This document shows positions 1 to 8,701 of a DNA stretch of 64,000 nucleotides, piece after piece; position 1 is the first letter of the stretch, and each line of letters begins with the position of its first letter. This stretch comes from an uncultured Acidobacteriota bacterium. Lineage in GTDB: Bacteria; Acidobacteriota; Thermoanaerobaculia; Multivoradales; UBA5704. The notes under the pieces are model-generated. The model did no database searches. It saw only the letters and a list, made by a program, of their open reading frames with translations, and was not told the origin of the DNA. A program made the position numbers and the translations under genes. The stretch is from NCBI GenBank assembly GCA_963770895.1, contig CAVYRF010000002.1, forward strand, positions 3,072,001-3,136,000, given 5' to 3'.

Positions 1-1131
1 GTCGCGCGTCGCCTCGTAGATGGTGAAGGTCGGGTCGATGGTGAAGTCGAGCGCGATCAGCTCGTTCATCACCTGGTTCCAGCGCTCCGAGCCCGGCGGC
101 GCCGCCTGGCGCCACAGCCGCCCGGCCTGGCCGAAGCGGTCGGCTTCGTTGGCGTAGTTGTAGTCGAGCGGGTAGTCCTGCACGGTGCGGCCGGCGAACA
201 GCGCCTCGGGCAGGCCGTACCAGTGCTCCATGCTGGTCAGCCCCCAGCGCGCCGAGTCCAGCACGTTGACCCGCGCCACGTCCATCTGCGCATGGTGGCA
301 GGCGCTGCGCATGCCGCGCCGCTTCGCCTCTTCGATGGCCGCCTTCATGATGTCGGGGCGGTAGCCGAAGAACTTCAGGCCGTCGGCCCCCTTGGCCGCC
401 ATCTGCGCCACCCAGGCGCGCGCCTGCTCGGGCGTGGTGAACGGATCGTCGCGCCCCTGGCCGAAGACGACGTAGGCGAAGATCCGCGGCGCCGTGATCA
501 GGTTGGCCGCGCTCTGCGCCTTCTCCTTGAGCGTCCAGTCGATGCCGTTCATGCTGCCGGGGTCGCGGATGGTGGTGATGCCGTGCCCCATCCACAGCTT
601 GAACACGTATTCGGCGGGCGTTCCCTGGTCCTGGCCGCCGATGTGGGCGTGCATGTCGACAAAGCCGGGCATCACCCAGGAGCCGGTGAGGTCGATCTCC
701 TTGTCGCCCTTGGCCGCCTTGGGGCGCCTTTCGGGGTCGATGACGGAGCCCGGCTGGCCGACGCTCTCCACCTGCGTGATGCGGTTCTTTTCGATCACGA
801 TATCGACCGGACCGATCGGCGGCGCGCCGGTGCCGTCGATGACCGTGGCGCCGCGCAGGATGAGGCGCGGGAACGGCCCCTCGCCCTCGGCGCGCGGCGG
901 CGCCGGCGGGATCGTCTTGTCCTTGGGGTCGCGCTTGGCCGGCTTCGGCTTGGCGCCCGCCGCCGCCCCCGGCGCCGCCGCGGGTGCCGTTGCCGAAGCC
1001 GCTGATGAAGCTGGTGCCGGAGCTGGTGCGGAAGCCGGGGCCGTCGCCGGCGTGGGCGGTGCTGCCGCTGCGGGTGCCAGACCGATCAGGGCCGCCAGGC
1101 CCAGGGCATGGCACCACGGTGAGGTTCTCAT
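1..1131 (-). CDS. Secreted metal-dependent amidohydrolase family protein (3' end runs off the window)
   Basis: Manual translation from ATG at 1131 (AGGAG RBS upstream): signal peptide, Ala/Pro linker, then LILRGATVIDGTG...MPGFVDMHAH...GITTIRDPG amidohydrolase motifs. Absent from the ORF track because no stop falls in the window. Confidence 0.9.
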   Translation of the reverse strand, partial: MRTSPWCHALGLAALIGLAPAAAAPPTPATAPASAPAPAPASSAASATAPAAAPGAAAGAKPKPAKRDPKDKTIPPAPPRAEGEGPFPRLILRGATVIDGTGAPPIGPVDIVIEKNRITQVESVGQPGSVIDPERRPKAAKGDKEIDLTGSWVMPGFVDMHAHIGGQDQGTPAEYVFKLWMGHGITTIRDPGSMNGIDWTLKEKAQSAANLITAPRIFAYVVFGQGRDDPFTTPEQARAWVAQMAAKGADGLKFFGYRPDIMKAAIEEAKRRGMRSACHHAQMDVARVNVLDSARWGLTSMEHWYGLPEALFAGRTVQDYPLDYNYANEADRFGQAGRLWRQAAPPGSERWNQVMNELIALDFTIDPTFTIYEATRD

Positions 1132-1330
1132 CGCCGCCCGCTCCTTTCTGCTCCGTTGGTCGTGCGCGACTTGCGCACCTAGGGTAGCGCACCAGCGGCC
1201 GGCGGAGAACCCGTTCGTTGTAGGAGAACCACCTACAGGACCTGGGCAGCCTTCCTACTTTCTTTGTCGCGCTTTTCCGATTGTTCTGCTTCCTGTGGTT
1301 CGACATGCTTTCCGCCGGGAGGAAAGCCTG

Positions 1331-4300
1331 ATGCGACCCACTTTGGCGTTGGCCTGGATGCTGATCCTGGTCGGTGCGCAATGCGCCGGCGCGGCGACGC
1401 TGGAGGAGCGCTACTTCCACCGCAACTGGCGGCCCGCCGAGGGGCTCCCCGGCAACAGCGTCTATGCCGTCGCGCAGTCGTCCGACCGCTACATCTGGAT
1501 CGGCACCGAAGGCGGTCTGGCGCGCTTTGACGGCCGCCGCTTTATCGCCTTCGGCAATCGCGAGAACGGCAGGTTGCCTGGCGTCTTCGTCACCGCCCTG
1601 TTGGCCGCCCAGGATGACACTCTGTGGGTAGGCACCGAACGCGGCCTGCTGCGGCTGCGGCCAGCCGACCTGGTCGGCGGCCGCGCCGGCAGCCGGCCGT
1701 GGTCGATGGTGGAGGAGGCGCCGGTCAGCGCCCTGGCCCAGGATGCGCGCGGCGGCCTGTGGATCGGCACCCGCTCGGGCCTGCTCAGCCGCTCCGCGGA
1801 GGTCTCCGCCGCGGCCGGGGTGCCGGTGCTGCAGAAGGTCGGATTGGCCGGCATCCGCGTGACGCAGCTGCTGGCAGGCGCGCCGGGCGAGCTGTGGATC
1901 GGCACCGAAGCGCACGGCCTGTGGTATCTGCGCGACGGTAAGCTGGCGGCGGTGGGTGGTCCGCGCCAGGCGCGCGACACGGTGACCGTCCTGGTGCGCG
2001 ACGACGGCGGGACCGACGACGTGTCTCCCGCCCTGGCGTCGCCTTCGGACGCTGCCGCTGCCGAGGCCGGCGCCGCGGTCCTGGCGTTTACCGCTGACGG
2101 CTGCCGGCGGTACGTCGCCGGGCGCCCGGCGGGTGGCACGATCGCCGCCGGGGTGCGACACGTGGTCGCCGCCGGCGGTGCTCCGGGGGGTGGCCTGTGG
2201 CTGGCGACGACGGATCACGGACTCATCCTGTTCAAGGACGGCCGGCGCTACGGCACGAGCGTCGATCACCCTCTGATCGACGCCGTGATCTCCAACGTCT
2301 TTGTCGCCGCCGACCACACCGTGTGGCTGGGCTCGGGCGGCGACGGTCTGCACCAGCTGATCGAAAAGAGCTGCCTCGCCTACACCAGCCACGACGGGCT
2401 TGCCAGTACGCGCGCCGAGTCGGTGCTGCTCGATCGCGACGGTGCGCTGCACGTCGGCACGCAGCAGGGCCTCACCACCCTGGCGCTGGGCGGCCGCGAC
2501 GACGTTGCCGGCTCCGGCGCCGGGCGCGCTGACGACGATGGTCACGGTCGTCGCGGCGGCAGCAGGCGAAGCGACGCCGGCGGCGCCATGCAGGCGCGTA
2601 CCGACCTGCGGGGCACGGAGGTCCTGGCGCTGCGGCGTGACCGCCGCGGCATCCTGTGGGCCGGCACGGCGCGGGGCGTTGCACGCCGGATCGACGGCCG
2701 CTGGCGTTTCCTGGCGCCATGGACGCCTCTCGGCGCGCCCACCGTCAACGTGATGCTGGAGGACACGGCGGGCAATTTCTGGATCGGCTCGACCGCGGGG
2801 CTGGCGGTCATACCTGCCACTCCGGCGAATGCGGGCGCCGACGGCGCCGGCGCCGGCCTGCCGCCGCTGGGCTCTCCCTACAAGGCCGCCGAACGCGTGC
2901 CAGGCCTTGCGGCGCACGACGGCGGGGCGGCGTCCACGACCCTCGCGTCGTCACCCACCCCGCGGATGGTCCTCGGTCTGGAAGACGCTGAGGTGATCGA
3001 TCTCAGCCAGGCCGACGACGGCGCGCTCTGGATCGGCACCCGTGGCGCGGGACTGCTGCGTCTGGCGGCGGGCAAGCTGGAGACGGTCCGCTCCGCAACC
3101 GAGCTGCCGATCGTCAACCTGGTGTGGCGCGGGCGGGCGGGCGACCTGTGGGTCGGCACCTTCGGTGGCGGCCTGCAGCATTTGCGGCAGGGCCACTGGT
3201 ACCGCTTCGACGAGGCCAACGGCCTGCCGGACGCCACCATCCGCCAGATGCTGGAAGACCGCCAGGGGGACCTGTGGCTCTGCTCCGGTGCCGGCATCTC
3301 CCGGATCTCCCGCCGCGCCATCGCCGCCGTCGAGACCGGCACGGCGCCGGGCCTTGTCGCCTTCACCTATGGCCCCGAAGACGGCGTCCCGGAGGGCACC
3401 TGCTACGGCGGTTCGCACCCCGGCGCCGCGCTGGGCGGGGATGGGCACATGTGGTTTTCGATGGCGCACGGAGTGGTCGAAATCCGTCCCGAGCGCATGG
3501 CGCAGCTGGATGTCGGTTCCAAGCCGGCGCTCGACGTGGTGGTGGTCAACGGTCGCGAGCTGGCGCCGTCGCCGGCGCACCGGATGCAGATCGCGGGCGG
3601 GTCGCGGCGCCTCGACCTGCGCTTTTCGGCGCCGCTGTTCGTGGCCCGCCGCAGGGGTCAGGTGCGCTATCGGCTGGCCGGCTTCGACCACGAATGGACT
3701 CTGGACGGCGGCGATCGAGTGGCGCGCTACACCAACCTGCCGCCGGCGAGCTACGCCTTCGAAGTCGCCATTGCCGATGGCCGCGGCGGCTGGCGAGCGC
3801 CGGTGTCGTTGACGGCGATCGAGATCCTGCCGCTCTTTTACCAGCGGCTGGGCTTTTGGGCCCTCGTCGGCCTGGGGCTGGCCGCCCTGGCGATCGCGGT
3901 GTACCGTCTGGCCGCCCGCCGGCTGCTGGCGCGCGCCGCCGCGCTGACCCACCAGGTGGAGCAGCGCACCGAAGAGCTGCGTCAGGTCAACAGCCGCCTG
4001 CAGCAGCTTGCCGCGATCGATCCGCTGACCGGGCTGGCAAACCGCCGCCGCCTGCAGGAGGCCCTGGACCTTGAATCGCGGCGCAGCGCGCGCTACCAGA
4101 GCGAGCTGTCGCTGATCCTGCTGGATGTGGACTTCTTCAAGGGGTTCAACGATTTGCTCGGTCACGTCAGCGGCGACGACTGCCTGCGCCAGGTGGCCGC
4201 GTCGCTGCAGGGCGTCGCCATGCGCTCGGGAGACGTGGTGGCCCGGTACGGCGGCGAAGAGTTCGCCGTGCTGCTGCCCGGAACGCCGGCGATGCACGCC

Positions 4301-4585
4301 TACGGCATCGCCGAAACCATCCGCCAGCGGGTCATGGAGCTGGCGATCCGCCACCCTGGATCCTCCGTGTCCTCCTGCGTGACCATCAGCGCCGGGGTGG
4401 CCAGCGTCATCCCGGCTGCCGGCTTCGACCCGGTGCTCCTGGTTGAGTCGGCGGACTCGGCGCTCTACCGCGCCAAGCGTGACGGCCGCAATCGCGTCCT
4501 GATCGGCGCGCGCGGCGTCATCGACACGGCCGCCGCCATGCGCCCGCTGCGCCTGGCGCAGCAGCAACCGCCCGCCGCCGCCTGA
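1331..4585 (+). CDS. Membrane sensor diguanylate cyclase: periplasmic two-component-regulator beta-propeller repeats, Y_Y_Y domain, TM helix, GGDEF
   Basis: Signal peptide MRPTLALAW, repeated LWIGT/QD..G.LW propeller motifs, VRYRLAGFD...RYTNLPP (Y_Y_Y), one TM, DPLTGLANRR and RYGGEEF with an RSGD I-site. Start set at ATG 1331 after GGAGG. Confidence 0.93.
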   Translation: MRPTLALAWMLILVGAQCAGAATLEERYFHRNWRPAEGLPGNSVYAVAQSSDRYIWIGTEGGLARFDGRRFIAFGNRENGRLPGVFVTALLAAQDDTLWVGTERGLLRLRPADLVGGRAGSRPWSMVEEAPVSALAQDARGGLWIGTRSGLLSRSAEVSAAAGVPVLQKVGLAGIRVTQLLAGAPGELWIGTEAHGLWYLRDGKLAAVGGPRQARDTVTVLVRDDGGTDDVSPALASPSDAAAAEAGAAVLAFTADGCRRYVAGRPAGGTIAAGVRHVVAAGGAPGGGLWLATTDHGLILFKDGRRYGTSVDHPLIDAVISNVFVAADHTVWLGSGGDGLHQLIEKSCLAYTSHDGLASTRAESVLLDRDGALHVGTQQGLTTLALGGRDDVAGSGAGRADDDGHGRRGGSRRSDAGGAMQARTDLRGTEVLALRRDRRGILWAGTARGVARRIDGRWRFLAPWTPLGAPTVNVMLEDTAGNFWIGSTAGLAVIPATPANAGADGAGAGLPPLGSPYKAAERVPGLAAHDGGAASTTLASSPTPRMVLGLEDAEVIDLSQADDGALWIGTRGAGLLRLAAGKLETVRSATELPIVNLVWRGRAGDLWVGTFGGGLQHLRQGHWYRFDEANGLPDATIRQMLEDRQGDLWLCSGAGISRISRRAIAAVETGTAPGLVAFTYGPEDGVPEGTCYGGSHPGAALGGDGHMWFSMAHGVVEIRPERMAQLDVGSKPALDVVVVNGRELAPSPAHRMQIAGGSRRLDLRFSAPLFVARRRGQVRYRLAGFDHEWTLDGGDRVARYTNLPPASYAFEVAIADGRGGWRAPVSLTAIEILPLFYQRLGFWALVGLGLAALAIAVYRLAARRLLARAAALTHQVEQRTEELRQVNSRLQQLAAIDPLTGLANRRRLQEALDLESRRSARYQSELSLILLDVDFFKGFNDLLGHVSGDDCLRQVAASLQGVAMRSGDVVARYGGEEFAVLLPGTPAMHAYGIAETIRQRVMELAIRHPGSSVSSCVTISAGVASVIPAAGFDPVLLVESADSALYRAKRDGRNRVLIGARGVIDTAAAMRPLRLAQQQPPAAA

Positions 4586-4695
4586 GGGCGCCGCCGCCAC
4601 ACCGACCGCAACGTCGCCGGCCCGCCGCCTCCGTAAGGCCGGGTCGGCGCGCCGGCGAGGGAGGGCGGTACTGGCAGGCGCAGCTCCATCATCGC

Positions 4696-4724
4696 TTTAC
4701 TGCTCACACTTCGACTGCTATCTT
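4696..4724 (+). promoter_or_regulatory. Putative sigma70-type promoter of the small peptide gene
   Basis: TTTACT-17 bp-TATCTT with an extended -10 TG, in an AT-rich patch ending 56 bp upstream of ATG 4781. Confidence 0.55.
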
Positions 4725-4780
4725 CTGAGAATATAGTTTTCAAAGCGATCGCATGAAGCGTTCGTCTGAAAGGAGATCCG

Positions 4781-4951
4781 ATGAGGAAGCAGAGGAAGGC
4801 GCTCAAGCTCAACCGCGACACCTTGCGACTGCTGGAACCCAGCAAGCTGGCCGGCGCCGCGGGTAACGCAGCGACTGTAACTCGTCCCTGCAGCTTCACC
4901 GCCTGCGACGGTTTCGGGAATTCCGGCTGCCCCAACACGTGCCGTTGCTGA
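4781..4951 (+). CDS. RiPP (lanthipeptide-like) precursor peptide, 56 aa
   Basis: MRKQRKALKLNRDTLRLLEPSKLAGAAG-NAATVTRPCSFTACDGFGNSGCPNTCRC. AAGGAG RBS, basic leader with LxLxRx5L, and a core with 5 Cys and 6 Ser/Thr. Confidence 0.8.
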   Translation: MRKQRKALKLNRDTLRLLEPSKLAGAAGNAATVTRPCSFTACDGFGNSGCPNTCRC

Positions 4952-4971
4952 CCCGCGCTTCCTGAGGGCCT

Positions 4972-5004
4972 TGGACCACCACGACGCCACGCTGTGGTGG
5001 TCCA
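4972..5004 (+). terminator. Stem-loop 3' of the precursor gene (terminator or mRNA-stabilising hairpin)
   Basis: Perfect 11-bp inverted repeat TGGACCACCAC / GTGGTGGTCCA with an 11-nt loop and no U-tract. Confidence 0.5.
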
Positions 5005-5047
5005 GCGCTTGATCGGTCCCGATTGGAGAAAGCCAAAGAGGCAAAAG

Positions 5048-5572
5048 ATGCCCAGTGCATTCACACGCGAGCCCCGTCTCAGGGCTCAAGGGATGTCGTT
5101 GTCTTTATTGCTCGCCGCCGCGCTGATCCTGGGTAGCACGCAGGCCCGTGCCGAACAATCCTGCCGCTCGGTGCGGGGCTCGGCGACTCTCAAGCCGGTG
5201 CCGGCGGCGGACTGCACTTCCCCAGTGCAGATATGCGGCGAGGGAACCTTCACCGGGGGCCTTTATGGGCGTTATTCCTCCGTGCTCTTCACGCTGACTC
5301 CGACCGCCGATACCCCGGTCACGCAGGTCGTTTTCTTTACCGCCGAGACGACCGTGCCGGAGGCCCGGGTCGGACCCTGGCGGGGCCAGCTGGTGTTCAA
5401 AGAGGCCGGCTCCTTTCATGTCGCCGGCGCTGGGGAATTTGGTGAGCTCTATTCGGCGGCGGGCGGCACCGGGGATTTCGCCGAGGCCACGGGTGTGCTC
5501 AAGGCGGTGGGGACCTTCGTGGACGTTACCGGCGGGGAAATCACCTACGAGGGGCAGATCTGCGTGCCGTAA
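5048..5572 (+). CDS. Secreted hypothetical protein, possible dirigent/allene-oxide-cyclase-like beta-barrel
   Basis: Signal peptide (LLLAAALILGSTQARA), beta-rich sequence, GGTGDFAEATG motif resembling the dirigent GGTGxFxxAxG, 4 Cys. The start could instead be ATG 5093. Confidence 0.65.
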   Translation: MPSAFTREPRLRAQGMSLSLLLAAALILGSTQARAEQSCRSVRGSATLKPVPAADCTSPVQICGEGTFTGGLYGRYSSVLFTLTPTADTPVTQVVFFTAETTVPEARVGPWRGQLVFKEAGSFHVAGAGEFGELYSAAGGTGDFAEATGVLKAVGTFVDVTGGEITYEGQICVP

Positions 5573-5723
5573 CCGCGCGGACCTTGGCCGGCCAGGCGCC
5601 GCGACGGATTTCCTTGGTTTTCTCCCACTCCCAAGCATTGGGTCGCACTATCCGGTGGCAAGCGGGCTTGTAAAGCCGGCTGCCCTTGGATAGCCTCGGC
5701 CTTTGCTGCGAAGGGAGAGGACG

Positions 5724-6872
5724 ATGAGCGACAAGCGGGAGAAGCTGAATCGCCGCCAGTTCATGATCGCCAGCGCGGCGGGCGCGGCCGGCGCCGGCCT
5801 GGCCGCGGCGGCGCCGCGGGAGCTGTTCGGGCAGGCGCCGGCGGTGGTGACGGCGCGGGCGGGCGGCGCGGCGCGGCCGGTGGTCATCTCGTCGGCCAAC
5901 GGCAACGTGTTCAAGAACGGCGGCGACGTGACCTGTGTGCAGAAGGCGTTCAGCATGATCGCCGGTGGCGCCGACGTGCTCGACTCGCTGATCGCCGGTG
6001 TCAACATCCTGGAGCTGGATCCCGAGGAAACCAGCGTGGGGTATGGCGGGCTGCCGAACGCCGAGGGCGTGGTGCAGCTGGACGCCTCGTGCATGCACGG
6101 CCCGTTGCGCCGCGCCGGCGGCGTGGCGGCGCTCGAAGGGGTGCGCACGCCGTCGCTCGTCGCCAGGGCGGTGATGCAGGCGACCGATCACCACCTGCTG
6201 GTCGGCAAGGGGGCGCAGGACTTTGCGCGCGCCATGGGCTTCAAGATCGAGGACGACCTGAACACCGAAAAATCGCGCCAGCTGTGGCTGGAGTGGAAGC
6301 GGCGCACCGACCCCGAGCACTACCTGGACCCCAAGGAGCGTGCCCAGGCGGGGCTTGCGGCGGCGCAGCAGATGGCGCGCGAGGGCCTGATCGATCCCGA
6401 GCACGTCTGGGGCACGATCAATTGCAACGGCGTCAACACCAAGGGTGAGGTGTGCGGCGTCACCACCACCAGCGGCCTGGCCTGGAAGATCCCCGGCCGC
6501 ACCGGCGACTCGCCGATCCTGGGCGCCGGCCTGTACGTCGACACCACGGTGGGTGCCGCGGGCTCGACCGGCCGGGGAGAGGCCAACCTGTACAACCTGT
6601 CGTCGTTCTTCATCGTCGAAGAGATGCGGCGCGGCGCGCATCCCAAGGACGCCGGCATGGAAGCGCTCAAGCGGGTGGCGGCGGCGACGGTCGAAAAGCG
6701 CCTGCTCAACCAGCGCGGCCAGCCCAACTTCGATCTCAGCTTCTACGTGCTGGGCCGCGACGGCCAATATGCCGGTGTTTCGATGTACCCCTCGCATTTC
6801 GCCGTCTGCACCGAGCACGGCGCCGCGACCCTCCCCACCGAGCCGCTCTACCAGGGCAAGGCGCTGCCCTGA
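5724..6872 (+). CDS. Tat-exported asparaginase-2 family Ntn-hydrolase (N(4)-(beta-N-acetylglucosaminyl)-L-asparaginase-like)
   Basis: NRRQFM twin-arginine signal, SVGYGGLPN, QLDASCMHG, WG-TINC (nucleophile Thr), GRTGDSPILGAG and TGRGE. Confidence 0.9.
   Translation: MSDKREKLNRRQFMIASAAGAAGAGLAAAAPRELFGQAPAVVTARAGGAARPVVISSANGNVFKNGGDVTCVQKAFSMIAGGADVLDSLIAGVNILELDPEETSVGYGGLPNAEGVVQLDASCMHGPLRRAGGVAALEGVRTPSLVARAVMQATDHHLLVGKGAQDFARAMGFKIEDDLNTEKSRQLWLEWKRRTDPEHYLDPKERAQAGLAAAQQMAREGLIDPEHVWGTINCNGVNTKGEVCGVTTTSGLAWKIPGRTGDSPILGAGLYVDTTVGAAGSTGRGEANLYNLSSFFIVEEMRRGAHPKDAGMEALKRVAAATVEKRLLNQRGQPNFDLSFYVLGRDGQYAGVSMYPSHFAVCTEHGAATLPTEPLYQGKALP
6469..6506 (+). repeat. 38-bp segment duplicated exactly at 10783-10820
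   Basis: CCAGCGGCCTGGCCTGGAAGATCCCCGGCCGCACCGGC occurs at both positions. Confidence 0.9.
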
Positions 6873-6915
6873 TGCGGCCGATCGGCCGCTGTCGCCCCGA
6901 GCAAGGCGGCCGCCC

Positions 6916-8406
6916 TTGACGGCTTGCCGGGCGGCGCTGACAGGACTGGCGGGGTTGCTGCTGGGGCTTGTCGCCCTGACGGCTTGGGCGGTGGGCGCCG
7001 GTAGCCGCACCGGCGCCGGCGTCCAGGCGCCGGGGGCGTCGGCGGCATCGGCGCCGGGTGCCCCGGGCGCCGCCGTGCAAGCAGCTCCGGCCGCCGTCGC
7101 GGCATCGGCGTCGCGCGCCGCCATGGCCGAGCGGGTGCGCGCCGAGATGGTGCATGCCTGGCAGGGCTACCGGCAATATGCCTGGGGGCACGACGAGCTG
7201 CGGCCGGTCAGCAACACGGTGCGCGACTGGTACGCCCAACCGCTGCTGATGACGCCGGTGGATGCCCTGGACACGCTGCTGCTGATGGGGCTGCGCGAGC
7301 AGGCGGCGGAGGCGACCGATCTCATCTGCACGCGGCTTTCGTTTGACAAGGATATTTCGGTCAAGAACTTCGAGATCACCATCCGCATGTTGGGCGGCCT
7401 GCTGTCCGGCTACCAGATGACCGGCGACGCGCGCCTGCTGCGCCTGGCCGAAGACCTGGGAAAGCGGCTGCTGCCGGCGTTCCGTTCGCCGACCGGCATG
7501 CCCTACACCTTTGTCAATCTGAAAACCGGCGCCACCCGCGGTCCGCGCAGCAATCCCGCCGAGGTTGGCACGCTCATCCTGGAGCTGGGCACCCTGTCGC
7601 GCCTGACCGGCAACCCGGAGTACTTCGACAAGGCAAAGCACGCGCTGCGCGAGCTGGACCGGCGGCTGGGTCCCCTGGGCCTGCCGGGCGAAGAGATCGA
7701 CGTCGAAACTGGCGCCTGGACCGCCAACGCCAGCCACATCGGCGGCGGCATCGATTCCTACTACGAATACCTTTTCAAATGCTGGCGCCTGTTCGGCGAG
7801 GCCGACTGCGGCCGAATGTGGCGCCGCGAGATCAAGGCGCTGAACGCCCACCTGGCGGACCAGGCGCCGTCAGGGTTCTGGTACGGCCAGGTCGATCGCA
7901 TCACCGGCCGGCGCACCGCCAGCGAGTTCGGCGCCCTGCAGGCCTTCTTCCCAGCCGTGCTGGTCCTGGCCGGCGACCTGCCGCGCGCCCGGCAGCTCGA
8001 AGATTCCTGCTTCAAGATGTGGAACGTCCAGGGGATCGAGCCCGATTCGATCGACTATCGCACCCTGCGCATCCTCGACGGCGGCTACCCGCTGCGCCCC
8101 GAAATCGTCGAGTCCGCCTACTACCTGCGCCGCGCAACCGGCGATCCGCGCTACCTCGCCATGGGCAACACCATCTTTGCCGCCCTGGTCGCCCACTGCC
8201 GCACCCCCTCGGGCTACACCGTGCTCAAGGACGTCACCACCAAGCAGCAGGGCGACCTCATGCCCAGCTACTTCCTGGCCGAAACCCTCAAATATCTCTA
8301 CCTGCTCTTTGCCCCCGACTCCGCCCTGGACTTCGACCACGTCACCTTCAACACCGAAGGCCACCCCCTCCGCGCCGTCACCACCCCAGCGCCCCACACA
8401 CGCTAA
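6916..8406 (+). CDS. Secreted glycoside hydrolase family 47 (class I alpha-1,2-mannosidase)
   Basis: HAWQGYRQYAWGHDELRP, VDALDTL, FEITIRMLGGLLS, DSYYEYLFK, YPLRPEIVES, SYFLAETLKYLYLLF and FNTEGHPL. In-frame TTG at 6916 precedes a signal peptide, so the start is approximate. Confidence 0.93.
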   Translation: MTACRAALTGLAGLLLGLVALTAWAVGAGSRTGAGVQAPGASAASAPGAPGAAVQAAPAAVAASASRAAMAERVRAEMVHAWQGYRQYAWGHDELRPVSNTVRDWYAQPLLMTPVDALDTLLLMGLREQAAEATDLICTRLSFDKDISVKNFEITIRMLGGLLSGYQMTGDARLLRLAEDLGKRLLPAFRSPTGMPYTFVNLKTGATRGPRSNPAEVGTLILELGTLSRLTGNPEYFDKAKHALRELDRRLGPLGLPGEEIDVETGAWTANASHIGGGIDSYYEYLFKCWRLFGEADCGRMWRREIKALNAHLADQAPSGFWYGQVDRITGRRTASEFGALQAFFPAVLVLAGDLPRARQLEDSCFKMWNVQGIEPDSIDYRTLRILDGGYPLRPEIVESAYYLRRATGDPRYLAMGNTIFAALVAHCRTPSGYTVLKDVTTKQQGDLMPSYFLAETLKYLYLLFAPDSALDFDHVTFNTEGHPLRAVTTPAPHTR

Positions 8407-8542
8407 ACCGCCGCGCCTGCGCACGCGCCGTCAGGCGCGTTGCGATCGGGGCAAAAGCTGGAACACCTGTAGGCTTCGCCGGCGCGGCGGCGCCGGTCGC
8501 TCGCTGGCGGCCGGCGGGTAGCCTGGGCGGAAGGTGCTGCGG

Positions 8543-8701
8543 TCAGAGGGTCTTGTTGCAGGTGCAGGAGTAGGTGGCGCAGAGGCCCGGCGGTGCCGGC
8601 GTGCAGGTGAACGACTTGATGCCGCCGAGGTTGGTGCACAGCTCCTGGCAGTAACTCTGATAGTAGGGGCAGGTGGGGACGCAGGCGATCCGCGGCTCCA
8701 T
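8543..8701 (-). CDS. Cysteine-rich defensin-like small peptide (52 aa from ATG, possibly 5'-truncated)
   Basis: MEPRIACVPTCPYYQSYCQELCTNLGGIKSFTCTPAPPGLCATYSCTCNKTL has 8 Cys and strongly G/C-ending codons. The frame stays open upstream to a TGA at 8768-8770. Confidence 0.7.
   Translation of the reverse strand: MEPRIACVPTCPYYQSYCQELCTNLGGIKSFTCTPAPPGLCATYSCTCNKTL

Noticed and set aside
494-1330. 279-aa N-terminal extension of the diguanylate cyclase in the ORF track
   Set aside because: It is mostly the antisense shadow of the minus-strand amidohydrolase. The signal peptide and RBS point to ATG 1331.
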